A DNA stretch of 64,000 nucleotides from Candidatus Babeliales bacterium (GTDB lineage: Bacteria > Babelota > Babeliae > Babelales > JACPOV01): contig JBFWNW010000003.1 in the NCBI GenBank assembly GCA_050250855.1, positions 128,001 through 192,000 on the forward strand. The letters run 5' to 3'. Of this stretch, positions 59,177-64,000 are shown piece after piece. Position 1 is the stretch's first letter; each line of letters opens with the position of its first letter. The position numbers were made by a program, and so were the translations under genes. The notes below the pieces were generated by a model that made no database searches, was not told the origin of the DNA, and was given only the letters and a program-made list of their open reading frames with translations.

Positions 59177-60409
59177 ATGAATATGAAAAAAAAGATAGTA
59201 CTATTTTCTTTTTGGTTACTGTTAGCGCATAATGCTTTAGGTTCAAAAAATATATTTTTTGATGCAATCAGCGCATTCTTTTCTCCAAAAAAACCACTCA
59301 CCGTTATTGTCTATATGGCTGCGCGAAATGATTTACATTCTTTTATATTTGATGATCTTTCAGAAATGGAGAAAGTTGGCTCAACCAGTTACCTTAATAT
59401 CTTAGTATATTTAAATGCATTATCACCAGAGCAAGAAAAAATAACACGTAAACTGGTAATTCATAAAGGACATACTACGCAATATGGTCCTGATAAAAGC
59501 AAAGATAGTGGCGATGCACAAACTGTTATTGATGCCTGCAAGTGGGCTATTAAACATTATCCTTCAGATCAATTTGTTCTTATTTTCTGGAACCATGGTT
59601 CTGGCTCACTTAATAGAAACCCTCGTAGCGTATGTTACGATGATGCTACAGGAAATTACTTAACCGATTATGACATTAAATTTGCCCTTAAAGAAGTAAC
59701 TAGACTCTTAGGTAAAAAAATTGACATCGTTGCTTTTGATGCATGCTTAATGGCAGATCTTGAAATCGCATACATGTTAAGAGAATACGCTCAGTACATC
59801 GTAGCATCTCAAGAATTAGTTCCTGGAAAAGGATTTGGCTATGATCTTATATTCGAATATCCAGCTTCTCATCGCGTTAATTCTTATGAATTAGCAAAAA
59901 TTATGGTGCATGCTTTTGAAAAAGAATATATCAATGAAACACAAGAATACACACTCTCTGCTCTTAATCTATCAAAAATTGATGGCATCACTATGAATAA
60001 TAATAGGATAGCAGAACTACTGACTCGAGCGCTAGAAACAAAAGATTCAAATGTCGCCCTCATTGCTGCTGCTCTTGCTGAGTGTACCTGCTTTGATAAA
60101 AAATATATGGACTTGTATCATTTTTACCAAAACATACAAAAACTTCTAACGCAGTTTAACCTCAGCGCTCCTGATAAAAAAAATCTTAATGAACTTCTTG
60201 AGGAAGGATTTGACCTTATCAAACGAGCTACGGTTGATTATGTTCATGGCAACTTATATCCAAATTCCCATGGACTTTCTCTCTATTTTGATCCTATTGC
60301 TATGGATAGCACCTATCCAACAACATTATGGGCTCAAGATACGCATTGGATAAAATTTCTCACAACCTACTATGCCATGAAAACTAATCCTGCTGTTCAA
60401 CCTGCTTGA
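59177..60409 (+). CDS. Secreted clostripain-like cysteine peptidase (C11)
   Basis: VYMAARNDL, FWNHGSG, AFDACLMA, ASQE. Confidence 0.9.
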   Translation: MNMKKKIVLFSFWLLLAHNALGSKNIFFDAISAFFSPKKPLTVIVYMAARNDLHSFIFDDLSEMEKVGSTSYLNILVYLNALSPEQEKITRKLVIHKGHTTQYGPDKSKDSGDAQTVIDACKWAIKHYPSDQFVLIFWNHGSGSLNRNPRSVCYDDATGNYLTDYDIKFALKEVTRLLGKKIDIVAFDACLMADLEIAYMLREYAQYIVASQELVPGKGFGYDLIFEYPASHRVNSYELAKIMVHAFEKEYINETQEYTLSALNLSKIDGITMNNNRIAELLTRALETKDSNVALIAAALAECTCFDKKYMDLYHFYQNIQKLLTQFNLSAPDKKNLNELLEEGFDLIKRATVDYVHGNLYPNSHGLSLYFDPIAMDSTYPTTLWAQDTHWIKFLTTYYAMKTNPAVQPA

Positions 60410-61073
60410 CATGATTAAGCATAGTTGAAACTGTTTGGTCTAAGGTAAGGTTAGAATTATCAACAACATATGCATTTTTAGGAATGGTCAAGGGCGCAAT
60501 ATCGCGCTCTTGATCTCGCGTATCTCGCTCTTCAATCTGAGCTTCAGCATCTTTCAGCGTTATAGCATTGCCATAGGATTTTTGTAATTCTTGTAATCTG
60601 CGAGCTCGTTCAGCAAGAGCTGCCGTTAAATAAAACTTGATCTCCGCAGCATCAAAAACTACAGAACCGCTATCACGTCCTTCAACTACAACGTCACGTT
60701 GTTTAATGCATTCACGTTGCATGAGATTTAAAGCATCTCTAACATCTTTATTGGCAGCAATAATAGATGCACCCTGAGAAACTAAATCACTTTTTAAAAA
60801 TGGCGTGATATCTTGATTACCATAAATAACTTTTCCACAATTAGTTTGATCTAGGCAATATTGAAATTTTTGTGGATCAAGAGCATCACGTATATCATCG
60901 GCATTCAAATGTTCTAATGTTTCTTTTGAATACCCATAAAAATTCAACAATATATAAGCAAGTGCGCGATATAAATAACCGCTACTCAAACAATAGAAAT
61001 TAAGATCTTTTGCTAATTTTTGTGCAACAGATGATTTACCACTTGCAGTGGGACCATCAATAGTAATAATCAC
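60384..61073 (-). CDS. cmk: Cytidylate kinase
   Basis: ITIDGPTASGKS, VVEGRD.GSVVF, ERD.RD.ER..APL. Confidence 0.95.
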   Translation of the reverse strand: MIITIDGPTASGKSSVAQKLAKDLNFYCLSSGYLYRALAYILLNFYGYSKETLEHLNADDIRDALDPQKFQYCLDQTNCGKVIYGNQDITPFLKSDLVSQGASIIAANKDVRDALNLMQRECIKQRDVVVEGRDSGSVVFDAAEIKFYLTAALAERARRLQELQKSYGNAITLKDAEAQIEERDTRDQERDIAPLTIPKNAYVVDNSNLTLDQTVSTMLNHVKQVEQQD

Positions 61074-62809
61074 GGTAAATCCTTATTTGTTGTAAGCGCA
61101 CAATCGACACCTAGTAATTCTACGCTTGTTTTTCCTTGCCAATGATTTTCTGTTACATGAACAGCTATATCAAAGCTTTCTTGTTGTTGTTGTTTGAAGA
61201 ATTCAAATAATTCTGGACGATTAAAAAAAACAAGTGGTTTTATAATACCATCAGCAAACACTGAACATTTGACATGTACATCTTTAAGAAGCACTGGCTC
61301 TTGCACTATGCTTACCTCTTTTACATGAAAAACTGGTTGAGGATTCTCATTACCAAATGGTTCTAAATGTCGTAAATCTTGTACCAATTTTTGCGTAACA
61401 TCAGAGAGCGGCAAATCAGCATCAATAACAATTTTTTGCTGTAAATCAAAAGGATCAAGTTTTTCCTGCACCATGTCTTCTAAATGTTTCTTTAAAAGCG
61501 GCACATTATCCAAAGAAAGCGCTAAGCCTGCTGCCAGTGAGTGGCCGCCAAATGAATCAAGCAATGATGATGCACTCTGTAAAGCATCAAACATATTAAA
61601 CTCTGGAATAGATCTACAAGAACCTTTTGCTTTTCCATCGCTGGTAATGTGAAATAGTATGGTAGGCTTACCATATGCACTTACCAAACGCGAAGCTACA
61701 AGACCTATAACACCGGGAGGCCATTGCTTACTTGCTGCAATAATAACATTTTCATGCTCAAGATTAATTTTCTTTGATTCAATCTGTGTTACAACGTCTG
61801 CAAAAATACCACGCTCAATCTCTTTACGCGCCTGATTCAATTCTAAAAGAACGGTACCAACCTGATCAATTTCTTTATAATCAGAGCCTATAAGAAATTT
61901 TACTCCCTGCCGAGGATCTTCTAATCTACCAAGAGCATTAAGCTGCGGCGCTATAGAAAAGCCAATATCAGTTGCTGATAAAATCGATCGCGTTACATTT
62001 CCATTCTTTTTTAAGACTTTAAAAGCATAACTTTCCATTTGATTAATATACTGCAAGCCATAACGAACCCAGTAACGATTTTCCCCTTTTAAAGGAACAA
62101 CATCCGCTATAGTTCCTAGAAGTAATAACTCTATTGCCTTTGGTGGAATAGGTTTTTGCAACGTTTCATATAACAAAGCAATAAGTTTAAAGGTAACGCC
62201 TACACCGGCCAAACTTTTGAAAGGATAAGGGCAATCGGCTTGATTAGGATTAACAACAGCAAATGCTGTTGGAATATGATCATGAGGGCGATGGTGATCG
62301 GTAATAATAAGATCCATTCCTAAATCTAATGCTCGCTTGGCAGGTTCAAAAGCAGTAATGCCATTGTCTACGGTAATAATAACTTTATACCCATTTTGTG
62401 CAGCACGTTCAACAACTTTGGTAGAAAGTCCATAACCATCTTTCACGCGATGTGGTAAATAAAAATTAATTAAAGCACCTAATGGCTGCAATGCCAACAT
62501 CATTAAGGATGAAGATGTAATGCCATCAACATCATAATCCCCAAAAACTAGTATTTTTTCATTATGTTTTATGGCATGCAAAATACGCTCAACAGCCTTT
62601 TGAGCATCTTTTAATAAGGAAGGATGCGCAACGTCTCTTTCTAATGAAGTAAAAAGAAAAGAGTCGATGGCTTGCGTTGTTTCATAACCACGGGTAAATA
62701 ATGTTTGTGCTACTGCTGATGAAATATTGTATGAGCTTGCACAATCAATAATCTTTTTTGGGTCACCTTGAGCTAGGCGCCATGCATATTTTTTACCTTG
62801 AAGATACAT
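61070..62809 (-). CDS. recJ: ssDNA exonuclease RecJ
   Basis: GDYDVDG, TVDNG, TDHH, GTIADVVPL, GGH..AAG, LEPFG.ENP.P. Confidence 0.96.
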   Translation of the reverse strand: MYLQGKKYAWRLAQGDPKKIIDCASSYNISSAVAQTLFTRGYETTQAIDSFLFTSLERDVAHPSLLKDAQKAVERILHAIKHNEKILVFGDYDVDGITSSSLMMLALQPLGALINFYLPHRVKDGYGLSTKVVERAAQNGYKVIITVDNGITAFEPAKRALDLGMDLIITDHHRPHDHIPTAFAVVNPNQADCPYPFKSLAGVGVTFKLIALLYETLQKPIPPKAIELLLLGTIADVVPLKGENRYWVRYGLQYINQMESYAFKVLKKNGNVTRSILSATDIGFSIAPQLNALGRLEDPRQGVKFLIGSDYKEIDQVGTVLLELNQARKEIERGIFADVVTQIESKKINLEHENVIIAASKQWPPGVIGLVASRLVSAYGKPTILFHITSDGKAKGSCRSIPEFNMFDALQSASSLLDSFGGHSLAAGLALSLDNVPLLKKHLEDMVQEKLDPFDLQQKIVIDADLPLSDVTQKLVQDLRHLEPFGNENPQPVFHVKEVSIVQEPVLLKDVHVKCSVFADGIIKPLVFFNRPELFEFFKQQQQESFDIAVHVTENHWQGKTSVELLGVDCALTTNKDLP

Positions 62810-62867
62810 AAAAACCTTCTACATAATAGTATTTTGCTATTAAGTATGCTCTTTTTATTAAAAAATT

Positions 62868-62895
62868 AAAGCCCCCTGATTTTCAGAGGGCTTTT
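62868..62895. terminator. Intrinsic terminator after the phospholipase gene
   Basis: AAAGCCCCCTGA-TT-TCAGAGGGCTTTT. Confidence 0.7.
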
Positions 62896-62916
62896 AACAC
62901 ACAAAAAATATAGTCG

Positions 62917-63999
62917 TTATGCTGCTGGATTAAGACGTCGCTTCATCCACGTTTTAAGAGCTTCTTTATTTGCTATAAGATTATTACCCGCCAACGCAGA
63001 AAGTTCATTAAATGTTTTCTTGCCATACCCAAAGTTAAAAGTATTGCATTCACTTTCTTTTACGCAAGCCTGCGGATCAAAAGTAGCCACTGTATCAAAT
63101 AATCCCGCAGTTTTTAATACTGCATCATCTTTCATATAGTTAACATATATAATTAAAGGAGGCTTGACTGAAGGATAATCTTTATAATTATTTTGCGGCT
63201 CAAATACCTTAAATGTTTTATTATCAACTACTTTATTATAGGTAATACCATAAAAACTTTGAACGTCTTTAAGGCCAAGAACAAGCTCACTGTCATCACC
63301 ATTTGGTTTATCAACAACATTGGCAGAAGCATCACCAACGATAATAATATCTATTTTGCGCTCTGGTCTAAAGAGTGGACGTATTGGAATATTATAAGAA
63401 AGACCTGCGTCAACTAAGGTTAAATAATCATATTGTTGCAAGGCAGAAGAGGCTTGCGCAAAACCTTTAAAAGGATTAAATACTTGTGCTGGTGAAATAC
63501 GCTGAGGAACTTCTAATCGTTTTTTTCTTATATCCAGTTTATACTCACCTGTTGCAGCCCATGCTCTGACTAATCGTGAGCCAGCATAATCTTTGGCATC
63601 GTTAAATACTTTTTCAATATCGCCTTTTGCTAAATTCTTAGCCCCTTTTTTAATAAGGTTTGCAAAATCTTGCACTTCTTTTTTTGCCTTATCAAGCACA
63701 CTTTTATTCTTTGCGTCCTCAGCCTCCATACTTGGAAACATAAGATTAGCAATTGATTGAGCATTAATCGTATATGCAGAACCAAAAATTCCCATTAAAA
63801 ACCCAAAACTTTGACCTGCAGAGAATTTACCTGTCCCTTTAGAAAATTTAGTACCAAATGCCCATGATGGGAAGAAAAGACTTTCTTCCAAATTTCTTAC
63901 CTCTTCTGGATTAAATTCATACCAATGATAGGTAAAATCACGCGGCACTGCACCATCACGTATACCAGCAGCAGTATAAATTGGCCATGGCGTATTACC
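62917..63999 (-). CDS. cPLA2/lysophospholipase-like catalytic domain protein (5' part lies outside the window)
   Basis: Frame open to the edge: PWPIYTA, WYEFNPEEV, LMGIFGSAY, LVDAGL.YNIP..PLFRPERKIDIII..D.S. Confidence 0.82.
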   Translation of the reverse strand, partial: GNTPWPIYTAAGIRDGAVPRDFTYHWYEFNPEEVRNLEESLFFPSWAFGTKFSKGTGKFSAGQSFGFLMGIFGSAYTINAQSIANLMFPSMEAEDAKNKSVLDKAKKEVQDFANLIKKGAKNLAKGDIEKVFNDAKDYAGSRLVRAWAATGEYKLDIRKKRLEVPQRISPAQVFNPFKGFAQASSALQQYDYLTLVDAGLSYNIPIRPLFRPERKIDIIIVGDASANVVDKPNGDDSELVLGLKDVQSFYGITYNKVVDNKTFKVFEPQNNYKDYPSVKPPLIIYVNYMKDDAVLKTAGLFDTVATFDPQACVKESECNTFNFGYGKKTFNELSALAGNNLIANKEALKTWMKRRLNPAA

Positions 64000-64000
64000 G

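Overview
AT-rich bacterial chromosomal window. The content points, by inference, to an intracellular parasite of protists, most likely Ca. Babelota (Dependentiae/TM6): three TLC/Npt nucleotide translocases, ankyrin proteins, two clostripain-like proteases, a cPLA2-like lipase and many signal-peptide ORFans. Core genes are thrS (3' part), nth, xerC, mrdA, rpsT, rpmB, suhB, ftsH, tolQRAB-like, a CCA-adding enzyme, dsbD, hpf, der, dnaX, SRP RNA, tRNA-Ser(GGA), rpsB, lon, cmk and recJ, interleaved with accessory blocks. The most notable observations are: (1) many predicted exported proteins whose mature N-terminus would start Met-Asp/Glu/Gln or Ser/Ala-Glu, resembling eukaryotic N-termini, among them a ubiquitin-like protein and one with a mitochondrial-presequence-like segment; (2) an FtsH with two intact tandem AAA+ modules; (3) an ABAB array of four HExxH proteins with a hypervariable core; (4) a membrane-anchored, catalytically degenerate enhancer-binding-like regulator followed by a stand-alone copy of its sensor domain; (5) a 54-aa histone-H1-like protein missed by the ORF track; (6) a modular, nested hairpin repeat family. 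No transposase, CRISPR array or rRNA was seen. All calls are by eye from motifs; no database searches were run.
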